Program-made: the position numbers and the translations under genes
Notes under the pieces: model-generated
Databases searched by the model: none
What the model saw: only the letters and a program-made list of their open reading frames with translations
What the model was told of the DNA's origin: nothing
In this document: in pieces, positions 28,058-43,043 of the stretch
Layout of the letters: every line of letters starts with the position of its first letter
How positions within the stretch are numbered: position 1 is the first letter of the stretch
Source of the DNA: the human T2T-CHM13v2.0 reference genome, Homo sapiens
Strand: one strand, 5' to 3'
Assembly (NCBI RefSeq): GCF_009914755.1
Contig: NC_060939.1
Length of the DNA stretch: 64,000 bases

Positions 28058-31000
28058 GGTCTTTTACATTTTTACAGGTTCAACACCATTAAATTTTGGC
28101 TATTGAATAGACATCTTAAGGGTTATTCATTCAGATCACTACTGTTTTTAGTGATCCTTTGTGTGGAAGATGTCCAGACCTGGAGAGAGAGAAGCTAGAG
28201 GTAGGTGAAGATTTCAGTAGAAATGAAAATCTTCCCAAGATTTTTACACAAAGGTTAGTGCTCAGTTTATTGTTATTTGCTGTTGTGAAACACACCTACC
28301 AAAGTTAAGCATTAGCCAGGCAGTTAAAGCGTTTGCATTCCCCTTTCCCTCAGGTTTTCTTTTTTTTTTTCGCCCTTTCCCTCAGGAAACTTATATACTA
28401 GAGTGATGTGGCTACGTAATTTGCAGAACTGTGTGTTTCTGTGTGTTTGTATTTCTGCTTTAGACAACAGAAATTAATATAATTCTTGAAGTATCTGTCT
28501 CACATTGTCATGGGTCACATCATCCTATAGTACCAGATACTGAGAACATTGATTTTTGATTTTCAGTTAGCAATGTGAGTGAATTGCTTAATGGAGGACT
28601 TTGGAAATACAATTAAATCGCTGTGTGCTATAACAAGTTTGCCATTGTTTTCTTGCTGTTGGTAAGATTCTGAGGAAACTAACTCTTAAAGAAAATTTTA
28701 AGAATTATCTTAATGGAATGGAATTATATTCAAGGCCCTTTAAAAATGTAGATTATATATTTTAATATCTTTATACATTGTATTTTAGGGGCATATTTTA
28801 TTAACTAGAAATGGGAATTGAATTGGTTTTATTTCGCTATGGTCTGCTAAAGTATATGTCGTTTCATGGTGGAATTGGAATTAAATGGAAAATCTTGAAC
28901 CTTGGGGAGTATACACTTTGATGGAGTCTTCTTGGCCGATTGCCAGGCTTTTGTGTGAAGTTGTACAGAGCTGCAAGTGTGTGGACACCCAGAGCTGCTG
29001 AATTCAGGAAGGGAGCTGCAGCTGGTCACATTATCGGCTCACTTGTGGGTTTTAGAATAAAATGCTAGGGAATCACCCCGTAGCATTACACTGATGGCCT
29101 AAAAGAAATCTGTGATAGTTGTAAATTGACGAAGATGCAGTTTAAATTAACATTCCTCCCACACCTCACTGTGATGAAGAAACAGATTTCCTATTTCTGT
29201 GTGGAGTGTGTGCATGTGTTGTTTCCTCGTGCCCGTTAGTAATTTTACTTCAATTTATTAATTTTCCTTGTACACTAATTTCTTGTGGTTAGACTGAATG
29301 ATTGATTTCAGAGGTAAAACATTGGTGCATTAGGTTTAACATGTTTGATTATAAATATCTTGACTAAAGTCAAAGCCTTTCTTGCAGTGTGCTCTGTGCC
29401 CTAGAGAAGTTATAACATACTCTGAGGCTTGCAGTTCTTCTTTCCCTGCTTTCCCCTTGCCAATAGTCCCTGCCCTGTCCTATGTTTGCAATCCTTTATG
29501 AAGTTATCACTGAACTCTTCTCTTTCCCCAGCTCCAGTTGTAGCTGAATGTAATCTTTCCTGAACTCACAGCTCTTGGAATACTTATAATTTCATGCTGC
29601 ATGTTAGTTACTTGTAAATGTCCTTGGAGACTGCAGATACCATATCTCAGATCTTTGTATTTTTCCCTAGTATGCAGTGTCTGGTGCAGAGTAGGTGACA
29701 TACGTTTGAAAGACTGAATTTTGTTAACTGTCTTTCAGAAATGGGGAAGGTTACATCAGATCTATAATACTGTGTCCCCTGATCATCTTGAAGGACTAAA
29801 GAGCCACGTAACATTTTTCCTGCAGACAACTTAAATCATGATATAGGTGAACTACTTCATTTCCCTCCCAAGATGGACACCCTTGTAGAGCAGTGCCCCT
29901 CCACCTTGATGTAAACAGGAGCCCAGAGAGGAAGCATGCATTAACCAGGCAGAACAATATAAATCAGGTTACTGTTCATTAAGAGAGAAAGCAGTGCGAA
30001 AAGGAATGATTCTGATTTGACACAAACCCACTTCTTAAGGAGATAAGCAGATTAACTTGAAAATGAAAGGTAAATTAAGATTTCGATGAAAATAAAAATC
30101 TTCCCAAGATTTCACACAAGAGCTAGTGTTTAGTTTACTGTTTGTTAGGTAATATTTCATTTGCTCCCATCCCAATTTCCCTCCCTTAACCAATACAAAT
30201 GGAATTGTATGTGGTGTACATTATTGTGATTGAGAAGAAACAAAGATTAAAATTAGGAACTTTGGTTTTTTTATGGAGGTAGACCTTTGTATTTAATAGA
30301 TTTAAAATACTGAACCAATAATTTTTGACATCTGACATAGTCTTGTCAACTTCGATATCCTTATCAATAATAGCTGAATTTTTGAGAATGAAGAATTATG
30401 AAAGGAATATTAAAAGTATATTCCTTCAGGGCAGGTAATGTTTTAAAGCATCCTTTCAAATGAAGAAATATTGTGAAATATGAATCAGTTGTCTAGAAAA
30501 GAGGCTTGAATTTCAGATTTTAAACACTTGTAATAAATGGCAATTTTAATTAAAATGAACATAAAGCTTTATTTGTGAGTTTAAATAGATAATGAATCAT
30601 TTCCTACAGCAGTTGTGATTAAAAATTTTAAAAAAGGAAAATATTTTGTTGATGTTCTTATAAACGATTTGGACGCAAATTTTCAATGTAAAAAATTAGA
30701 CAACAGGGAGAGTTTTGTTTATTTAAAAACAATATTTTGAAGTTTAAGAAGAAACTTTCTAATAGAGATAATCTTAAAACATAAAAGGCTCTTCCTTAAG
30801 ATAAGCTGGTACTTGTCTGCTTTTAACAAAGGATATGGGTTTGCTCTGCAGGTATTCTTCTAATTTTCCATAATTGGCTTATTTGATGGCAATACATCAG
30901 AGTTTAGTAAGAGAATTTAAAAATGCTCTTGCTTCCTAAGCAAATTCTTTTAGATTTTAACCTTTCTCAGTTTGAAATAGGTGAAGTCACTAGAATATCA

Positions 31001-31302
31001 GCTTGCTTTTTCTTTTCAGTATTACTGTCATTTATAATAAAACCAGATGTCAAATTTGCCCGTAAATATCAAAATGTCTTAGAAGTGAATGAAAAGGAGC
31101 TGGTGAAACTTAATGAAGGATCTGTCATGTGTCAGGGGTGTTTGTTGCATAAGAGGTTTTATTTATTTATTTATTTTTGGTATTAGTGTTATGCATGGCT
31201 TACTGTATAAAGATAGCTTTGTTGCCAGTAAATTAAAGGACTTGTTTCTTTACTGTTGCATAAAAAATGTTTTATTTGTATGATTATTCCTCCTTGTTTC
31301 AG

Positions 31303-31440
31303 ATGAGTGAAGAATGGTTTGCTTTGGGAATATTTTCTTAGTTCTTCAAGGACATGATGTGGAAGTCTTGACTTGAGTAACTTCAATAGCACTAACAACA
31401 GGAATTGAAAAAAACTTAGAATTTTAAAGCTGAGAAAGAG
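31303..31440 (+). other. Candidate poison cassette exon in intron 3 (138 nt)
   Basis: Acceptor attcctccttgtttcag|ATG, donor GAG|gtagag. The junction with exon 3 forms TG|A. Confidence 0.4.
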
Positions 31441-31484
31441 GTAGAGATTTTTCTCTGTCTTGGGTATGACATATATGTTATTCA

Positions 31485-31600
31485 GTATGGTAGCAATTGA
31501 GCAATTGAATGTGGCTAGTGTGAAGAATTAAGTGTTTTTTATTTTAATTAATATTTAAATAGCACCATGTGACTGCTAGCTACTATTGGACAGTGCAGCC
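31485..31600. mobile_element. MER3/MER33-like hAT fragment
   Basis: aatgtggctagtg ... gctagctactattggacagtgcag. Confidence 0.6.
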
Positions 31601-31629
31601 TCAAACTATTAAAATTTAACATTAAGTAT

Positions 31630-32450
31630 ATTAATGTTATAAACTTTCAAAACCTTAAGATAGAAATCTAACAGAAACTCCAAAAACAAAATAAGCCAAT
31701 TTTACTAAATAAAATACTGTAGTTGGAAATAACTATAACTTAAAGCAAATCTAACCCAGTAAGCTATCAAAAAGAAAAATTATATAATTACCAAGTAGAG
31801 TTAATTTCACCTGAGTTCTATGAACATATTCATTATTAAAGGAAACCTCAAATTATTGTCCCATTGGAAGCAAAATATACATTTATAAATAGCCATTTCT
31901 CGTTTTAAAAAACTAATAACATTGAAATAAACAGAAACTTAAGCTCTTCTAGTTTGCCAAAAACCAGAAAGCAAACATCATATACTAAATGATGAAATGC
32001 CAAAGCCATTTCCATTATATCAGAAACGAGACTAATACTTCCTGTCATCATTTACATGATTGTCACTATTATTAAGCATTGTTTTGGTAGTTCTAGCCAT
32101 TGCAGTAAGACAGTAGACAGAAAGTCAAATAATTGGCATAAATATTGGAAACAAAAAATTATTTCTACTTTGAAATGATACAATAGAATAGCTGGAAAGC
32201 CCAGGGGGACTCTAGTAGAAAACAGCAATGAGGATTAAATGTAAGACACTTTGGAAAGCTGATGTGTGAGAAATGTACACAAACTAATAGCTTTCTCTTT
32301 ATTAGTAGTCATCAGTTGAAAATGGAAATGACCAAGCAAAAATATTCAACAGAATGACAAAACTATTGGTTACACCTAGGAATAAATGTGTTAAAGAAAG
32401 GTACAGAGTGAAGGTAATGACCCTTATGAAGAAAACTTGATATTATAAAA
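31630..32450 (+). mobile_element. Old L1M ORF2 (RT region) remnant
   Basis: agcaaacatcatatactaaatgatgaaa...ccatttccattatatcagaaacgagac...ttgttttggtagttctagccattgcagtaagaca. Confidence 0.7.
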
Positions 32451-33174
32451 AGTAGTCCTTTTCTCCCTCAGTTTTTGTCTTCAAAATGTTTACTTGGGAC
32501 AGATCGTGGTTTACATGATGGTCCTCAAACATATTGTGAACAACATTAAAAAAAAAAGACACATTTTACTCAATAAGTAACATTTTTTGAGAAGCTACTA
32601 TGTGCTAGGGACCTAGTTTTTAGTGCAGTGGTCTCCAAAATAATGTACTGGCAGTATGGGAAGAGCGTTTAGAACACTGTACCTTTTTATTTGGGAGGAG
32701 AAAAGAAACCTTTGTCAAATATTTAACACCTGCTGCCAGAGGTCTGTAGATTTGATGATTGTGTGCCATGAGTTACACACAGACTCCTAAATCAGTTTCA
32801 CCTGTGGTGTCCTCATTCTGTTTACTTTGAGCATTTTGCATTCTATATCTGCTTAGTTATATGGATTTATTCGTCCCATATAATATGTGTAGCCACATGG
32901 ACACATGTTTTAAAAGGTTTTAAATTCTGCAAGATAGTGACGATGATGTAAACACAAGAAAAGGGCAAATGGATACATTTTCCTACTCTGTGCTCATCAA
33001 ACATATTACAGGATAAAATTATTGGCTATCTAATAAAAACACAGACTAATAAGACCTGATAAGTTGGACAAAATGTTTAAAAATTAACATGAAGATGATA
33101 GGAAGTATGAATCTATATTCACTGTCATTAATGTCAAACCTTTACCTTATGGTATATTGTACTTTGAGAAATTA

Positions 33175-33312
<138 letters not shown>

Positions 33313-33565
33313 TTAGTTTAATAATAGTATGAAGATATTGTGAATAGCAAGACATTTAATATAGTTTATTTCATCTCTAGCTCATTCTTTAAAAATTATT
33401 CTTTTTTGTAATATATAATTTAGATTTAATTGTATATATAATTTATTAATACAAATATATACATATATATATAGAATATATATAGAGAGGGTAGTGGATA
33501 CTCAGTTTTGTGGTTTATTTTTTAACTTGATTAGGAAGCTGATGAAAATAGCTTGAAGGCTTCTT

Positions 33566-33790
33566 TTGTAACCAAATGCAGGTCTGGATGCTCACTGCTT
33601 GTAGAGTCCAGTTAATATGAGTGAGGTCTGGTAGAAAGAAAGTAACTTTATTAACCAAAACTAGTGAAAGGGGAAGTAGCTGGATTTCAATCCAAAGTTA
33701 TTGTTTTGACTTTAGTAGACTAGTGTTTTGTCTTTTAGAATTAGAGGGGGCAAGTAGTGCAGGGCAAAAACAGGAAGGAAACGAGTGTTT
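33566..33790. mobile_element. Possible ERV1-type LTR fragment
   Basis: Begins TGTAACC, with gaaagtaactttatt, resembling an LTR end in antisense; family not assigned. Confidence 0.4.
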
Positions 33791-34936
33791 CTAAAGTTAG
33801 AATTTTTTAAAGGAAGTAAACCTACATTAAATTTTAGGACAAGAAAACGATTGAGCCATGCTGTGTGTTTTCATTTTTGGAGAATGGGGGAAGAATGTAA
33901 AGATGGAGATGACCGAATGAGGAATATTGTTTTGCCATTAAATAAGTGAATAGTGCGAAATGGAAAATACCGAGGGGTAAGAGAGTTCATGGTATATGGG
34001 ATGAAAGCTTAACTCTAAAACTAGAGCAGGTAACACTGAAGTGAAAGGGAAGATTGGGAGGGAAGGGGTAGGAGATAAGAATATCTAAGCAAGGCTGACA
34101 TTGTGGGGACCATCAAATACTATACTTAGTTCAGTTACAGATAGCTATGGAATTGAAAGTTTCTCAGGGAAAAGGGAAAAAGATGTACCAAAGGAAATAA
34201 CCAAAGTATAGAAAAGAATGTTCTTTGAAATGAAGAGAAAAAAGATGAGTTTTTGAGAGTGTATAGAAAGAAAAGTAGCAAGGTTTTAGGCAAGGTTAAA
34301 TACTAGAAGTTAGAAATAAAATCAAAATCTAAAAAGGCATATATAAAGTATAAGTGTAATGAGAAAATTGAGCAGTTTCATTTTTGTTGTTTATTAGTGT
34401 CAACAGAATTTGAAATAATTTTCAAGCTGATTTTATTCATTGTTTACCTCCTTAATTATATAATAGAAATAAGTAGCTTGTGTTTCTTATGAAAATTTAC
34501 CTGCTACTTGATGTATCTTTTTTCAGTGCACGGTAGTAAAATCAGTTGTATATATCCTGTCTAACATCAGTATGCATATTATACTATACTGTACATTTAA
34601 TTAGGAGTTTATTAGCTGTTGGCTTAAATGAGTTTAAAACTACTTTATGATCACATTTGGCTCAATGAATTTGGATTTGAGACTAATCTTTACATACCCA
34701 AGATGATAATGTTACTTGTCTGTCTTAGAAGTAAAGACACCAATATTCTTCTTACCTTCCTTTTTTATATCCTATTTCCTTATCTAACATCTCTAATATG
34801 TACCCTAGTACAATTTTCAAGTATTTTGTTTTTTTTTAATGTTCAGTGTACTTACTTTTTCGTAAATACTGCTTTCTTTCTATTAAATATAGTCCTTATC
34901 TGACAAAAAGTCCGTCAGAAGTAGAGCTTATCTTTA

Positions 34937-35302
<366 letters not shown>

Positions 35303-35770
35303 TTAGGTATAAATTTTATAGCCTAAAACTTGGTCATATAATGTAGGTAGTTCCTGACTTCTGTTTATTACATGAAGTCCTGTGTATATGAAGATGCTGA
35401 GCCTGGACCTCCTCTCCTAGAGGCCAGTCAGATTATCTGAATCCTGCCTAGGCCTCTCCTGTCAGTTTCTCAGTGCCAGTAGTATATAAATAAGAAAGGA
35501 GAAATCGAGCTTTTTCAAATACTATGGATTTCAGCTACATTTTGGGAAACATGTATTTCTACCTAGAACGTTTAACTGTGTTTTGTAACATTTATTTCAA
35601 AGCAGGATATGCATTCTAGGCTTCAGAGGACCAATCTACACGTTTTTGAAACACAACCTATGAGTTACGTACTTTTTTGTACCACTTATTCTGGCATAAT
35701 CTTCTTGAAGGGAAAATTAAGAAGAGTGACTAAATTTTTTTCCCAGTGTCTGAGGTATGCATAATTCTGA

Positions 35771-36158
<388 letters not shown>

Positions 36159-36698
36159 AATCTGTTTGCCTTTTTAAACACCAATATTAGTGGGACAATT
36201 TCCAGTTTGAAAGCTGTGTCTCATCTGAAGACTAAAGCAACCCGGTAACATTTACATTTTCATTTATTTGCCACCTTTGCTACTTATTTTCTTTTGACCT
36301 CTGACCACAGAGGAAAAAGAAATCAAACCAGGGGAATCTAGGTAGCTAGAGAGGAATGTGCTGTGAGGCTAGTTACACAGAGGAAGGAAACTAACATTTA
36401 CTAATCCTCTGCCACGTTGACAGGCACTCTCACCTTAGAAGTTTTGACCTGTGGAAGCAGCTGTTTTCCTTAAAGAATAGCGGTAACAACAATCATAGTA
36501 ATATATACAACTTGTATAATATGAAATTCAAACAGTAGAAAAACAAAAATTACATTCTTAAAATAAATGTCCCTCTTAGTGACTGACTATAGGAACACCT
36601 AGAATTGGCTCTTGAGAAATAGAGATAGTTGTAAAAACCTAAAAAAAAAATTTTTAAACCAGTGAAAAACAAATCCAGCCAAAATAAAATTGAGTTAT

Positions 36699-36973
36699 GG
36701 CCGGGCATAGTGGCTCAGTCTTGTAATCCTAGCATTTTGGAAGGCTGAGGTGGGAGGATTGCTTGAGCTCAGGAATTTGAGACCAGCCAGGGCAACATAG
36801 TGAGACCCTGCCACTACAAAAGTAAAAAAAAATAGCCAGGCATGGTCGCTCATGCGTGTAGTCACAGCTACTTGGTAGGCTGAGGCAGGAGGATCGCTTG
36901 AGTCCAGGAGGTCAAGGCTGCAGTGAGCTGTGATCTGTGATAGCATTGCTGCAGAGCAAGACCCTGTCTCAAT
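36699..36973 (+). mobile_element. Alu (J-type), sense
   Basis: Dimer whose tail is replaced by (GA)n. Confidence 0.92.
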
Positions 36974-37093
36974 AGAGAGAGAGAGAGAGAGAGGGAGGGA
37001 GGGAGGGAGAGAGAGAGAGAGAGAGAGAGGCATAGAGAGAGGCATAGAGAGAGAGAGAGAGAGAGGGAGGGAGGGAGAGAGAGAGAGAGAGGC

Positions 37094-37130
<37 letters not shown>

Positions 37131-37152
37131 CATAGAGAGAGGCATAGAGAGA

Positions 37153-37158
<6 letters not shown>
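36974..37158. repeat. Compound (GA)n/(GGGA)n/GGCATA microsatellite
   Basis: Direct reading. Confidence 0.95.
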
Positions 37159-38102
<944 letters not shown>

Positions 38103-39267
38103 TATAAAATTGAGTTCTTATAGTTCAATAAAGTTAATTTATTATCTCTTTATGCTAGTATTATAGAATTTTGGAGCAGGTAGTATCTTAGATTCCCTAC
38201 ATTAGCAGTGTTATATAAAAGAGAAATAATTCAAGTCACATATGTAATTTAAAATATTTTAGTAGCCATATTAAAAAAGCAAAAAGAAACAGGTGAAATT
38301 ACTTTTGATTGTACATTTTTTTAACCCAGTATATCAGAAATACTGTGTCAACATGTAATCAATGTAAAATTATTAGAGATAGTTTGCACTTTTTTATATG
38401 AAATCCTTGAAATCCATTGTGTATTTTACAATTTTAAGTACATCTCAACTCGTGAAGTTTTGATAAAAAATATTTGATCTGTATTTAGATTCATAAAAAT
38501 TGCAGTTAAAAAAGTAGATTCACACTGTTTTAAACATTGTTTTCCAATAAATGGAGTACCAAACAGTTTTTCTCCAGTATTTGTATCTGTATTGAGAAAA
38601 ATTACTCTTTTAAGAATAATTGATTTGACTCAGAAGAAGTGCAGCACTGTCAAAATATCCATGCAGGTTAATAAGTCCACTAACACTTGTGAAAACTTCT
38701 TATTATCAACGTCAAATTCAGAGGGGCATCATATAAATCGAAAATCAACTCTAAGTTTATCCAAATCAACAAAGCGTTTGTTGTATTTTTTTTCATAGGT
38801 TTTGCAGCCACTTTACACAGTGCTGGGCTGCTGCATGTTAATTCATGTTGAAAAATGTGTACGATCATTGATTTGTATTATAAAAATCTTCAATTTTAAC
38901 GTAAATTGTTATACCTGTCTAGCTAGGTCATGAATAAGCTTTTTCTCTCCTTGGATCTTCAAATCTAGCTAATTGATATGCATTGTGATATAGGGGTAAC
39001 AATGTAAATCACACTGAGATTTCTAAAAATCTATTCCTGGTTTACTCTTTGATTGTCGAATATTGGCAAGCATTTCTTTTGTTTTGAGAAAATCTGAATT
39101 AGAGTTAACAGAATTGTAAATCTTTGCAAAACTCTTCCTTGACTCAAGCAACCAACATTAGCTAATAATGTGGTCATTAAATTCACTGTCTTCTATTTCT
39201 TTTAACAGTTCCATAAACTGGTGATGATTTAGAGCATTTGTGCATATGTACTGAACAATTTTTGGGT

Positions 39268-39562
<295 letters not shown>

Positions 39563-40120
39563 TGAACAATTTTAATAGCTGCTTCCATGATACAGTCTGC
39601 CTTAGGGCACAAATATTTGCATTGTGTTTCCCACAGCAGAAAAAATAAGAGAAATAAATCCAACAAATACTGATGTTGGAACACTGTCTTGCTGGAAACT
39701 GACTTTTTTATATCTAGCTGAGAGTTACAGATGTAGAGAATTCAAAAATATCTACAACATAAGATCAGTTTTTAAATTTAAGGCTGCAAATAGATGAAGA
39801 CATTTCTCTGTAAATTTGAAGGTCATTTGAGACAGATATACCCATAGTATTAATTAGGCATTATCTCTTCTAAAATTCATCTAAAGCTAAAAATACTTGT
39901 AACTTTTCAAATGCTGACTTAATTGGTCTTTAATATTGTTAGAAGGGACTTTTATTCACTGACAGTTGCTTGGTGTCTCAAAGATTTTTCACTTTCCGTA
40001 AAATATCTTTTTAACTTTTTTCCTCATAATTTAAAAATATAATTTCCTTAACTGAAATAATTTAATTTTTCATCTCATCACCTTAAAATTGTTTTCTACA
40101 TTGAACAAGAATCTGAACTA

Positions 40121-40258
40121 GTCAGGCGCGGTGGCTCACACCTGTAATCTCAGCACTTTGGGAGGCTGAGGTGGGAGGATCGCTTGAGGCCAGGAATTTG
40201 AGACCAGGCTGGGAAACAGAATACCCTGGCTGTATTTTTAAAAAATAAAGAAAAAAAT
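40121..40258 (+). mobile_element. FLAM/Alu monomer
   Basis: Left monomer plus A-rich tail. Confidence 0.88.
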
Positions 40259-42959
40259 AATCCAAGCTGTTTTATAGCTGGCCACTTACAAGCTCAAGTT
40301 CTGTAAAATCTTCAGGAATGTTTTTGTTTTACATTTAATTCTGATTTCACTGATTGTGACTAATTTTATCAATTATTTTTTGACTGAAGCCAGTTCATAT
40401 TAAATTGAAATGCATTTGCTGAAAATGTCTCTTAACTGTTGTTTATTATCTTAAAACTCTTTTTTTACCCAGCAGCTTTTTAACTTTGCTTTGCTGCAGC
40501 AAATCGCAGTTGCCATTCTTTGTGAAATTTGTGACATACCTTGTTGAGTCTTTTTTCTTTTCATTTGATTCTTTCTCAGCAGTATACCTGCATTTGAAAG
40601 TAAAAATTTTTCTATTTTTAATTTTTAAGCTAAAAAAATTTAATTATAAAATAATTAAAATAAGTATTTTAATTTAATTGCCAATTATGATTTACATAGG
40701 TCACCATAACTCATGGTATCTGCATAAAATGTTCAAATAAACAATTACAATGCTACATTGTTGCATAGAAAAATCATAGAAAAATCACTTGAACTGACTC
40801 ATTCTGTTGATACAAACTAGATTGGTGATACGCTTTTGGGTAATGCTAGAAATGACATGTTTACCCAGCTGTGCACTCCCACATATCTTGCACAATTTAA
40901 TAATAAAAGCAAAAGACAATCCTACCAAACTATAACATTGTGCTTAATGGTAAAAGATTTTACACTGCTTCAGTTATTAAGAATTTATATTAATTAAAAG
41001 TTTTAAAAATAAAAATTGTATTCCTCAGTTGCAGTAGCCACATTTGCACAGCTCTGGAGTCTAGATCAACTTACTTTGGTGATAAAAGGGTAGAGAGGCA
41101 AAGCTGCTGGACCCAACTGGCCTGGAAGAACAGAGCAAGTCCGTAAATGAGTCTGTACTTTAACAAACGTAATTTTATGACCAAGGCTGACTTCATGTTA
41201 TACCAGAAAGGATTACCTTAATAAGAAATAAATCAGTTATTTAATTTACTTTGAAATAATTTATTTGTTTAAACAACCACTTATTTGTGGCAGTTAGAGG
41301 TTCAGTTTTCAATTAGATATTAATGGCATCGTGTAAATATAGAAAAAGTGATCTGAGTTTGCTCTTAAGACTTCACTTTCCAGATAAATGCTAGCATTTC
41401 GAGTTTTGGACACTGAGGATTGTTTTATTCAAACTACATGCATAAATTTATGCAAACATAAAATAAAAATGTAAGCAGAAATTCGAGTAGAGTAGCAATA
41501 CAATTTCATTCTTCAGTGAATGCTTAAGGTTTATAGAGGTACCAAATGCCCTAAGCCCAAATTTACAGACAAAGTAGATCTTATCCTCTTAATATTTATG
41601 CCGAGAAGGAGCAAAAAATTAAAACTTTTCACTAATTTAATTTCTTTATGTAGTTGTTATAGGACCAATGAAGAATTTTTTCTCCTGCTGGTAGTACTTT
41701 GATAATAGAAAATGGTCCAGGATATAAAAGACTGCTTTTGCTCTTTGTGGAAATGTTGGGAATTGACTTTAGACGCTCGGAGAATATGTTAGAGAAATCT
41801 TGATTGACTGCCTGGGTGATCAGTTAATGAGAGTGTGTGTTAAATAATTACATATATAACATTGTAGTGACAGTTTTGAGAAGCATTCACTTAAAATTTT
41901 CATTTCTCTGAATAAAAGACACAAGCATGCTTTTTTGTGTAATCTTCTAAAATTACTTTTCCCCACCCCTTTCTCTCTCTTTCTTTCTCCCTCTTTTTAA
42001 TAAAATGGTTTTCAGATATGTTTTTGGAATCTGCTAGAGATGACCTAATTTTTACTAACTGCTGTGCTTTCAAAGTTTTGTTTGCTCAGAATGGCAGTGT
42101 TATTTTTATTATTCTTTGATAGTAATAACAAATGGTTTCATGCAAAGCATATTCAAAATAATATCTTAGTGCCAGCTTGTAAATTGTTTTTGTTAAAATT
42201 GGCCTTATCCCAGGAAAAAATTAAATGCTAATGTGAACAAGTTAAAGTTTATATTATGTGTGATTTCTTACATTATTTGCTTTTTGACTTATAAAACACA
42301 CAGAGTATCGGTTTTTAAATATAGCTTAAATATTTTTCTTCAAAGCACTTATCAGTTGCCTGAATGATATAGCCACTATTTTATACTTTTGTTTTGTAGT
42401 GCCTCAGAGTGAAAGAGCATTCTTCTCAGCTCATCTGAATTCAAGCTATTTTAATTAAATTATGTTTAAAATGTGCAGCTTTAACTTTAGTTTTTCTATT
42501 CAGATATCCCTACAGGTTAATTACCTCTTCCCTGCTTTTCACTTAAATCTCTCCTTCCCCCAATTCCCCATTAATTTGGGTTGGGAAGTGTCAACTTAAA
42601 GCTTTAGGCTTAATGCTACATGAAAAGACTCGGTGCTTTTTATTTCATTTTCCATGTATTAGGCACCACTAAAAAGAATGTAACACATGTAGCAGCTTAT
42701 TTCATTTTCAAAGGAGGAATTGAAGAGCTTTTGAGTAAAAAACGTGAAAAGAAGCTCATGTTCATTGCCTACGTGGCTTTTAAAAAAGACTCTTGAAAAA
42801 CATTCCATTGTGAATTCCAGGTCCTCTTTAAACTTACCACCAGCAGTAACTGCCTGCAGAGCCATGTGATCATCTTGGCAACAGCCAGACCTTTTAGTGA
42901 TTTCATTACTGTGGTTTCCTCAAGCTCTTTACACACATTGATTAATATTTTCCTTGCAG

Positions 42960-43043
42960 TTATCGCTGTGATGATTTTGTGGTTAATGACACCAAGCTGG
43001 GACTGGTACAGAAAGTCAGAGAACACTTACAGAACTTGGAAAA
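42960..43043 (+). CDS. USP3: USP3 exon 4 (84 nt): YRCDDFVVNDTKLGLVQKVREHLQNLE(N)
   Basis: Acceptor tttccttgcag|T, donor AAA|gtaagt. CYxCD end of the ZnF-UBP domain. Confidence 0.96.
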
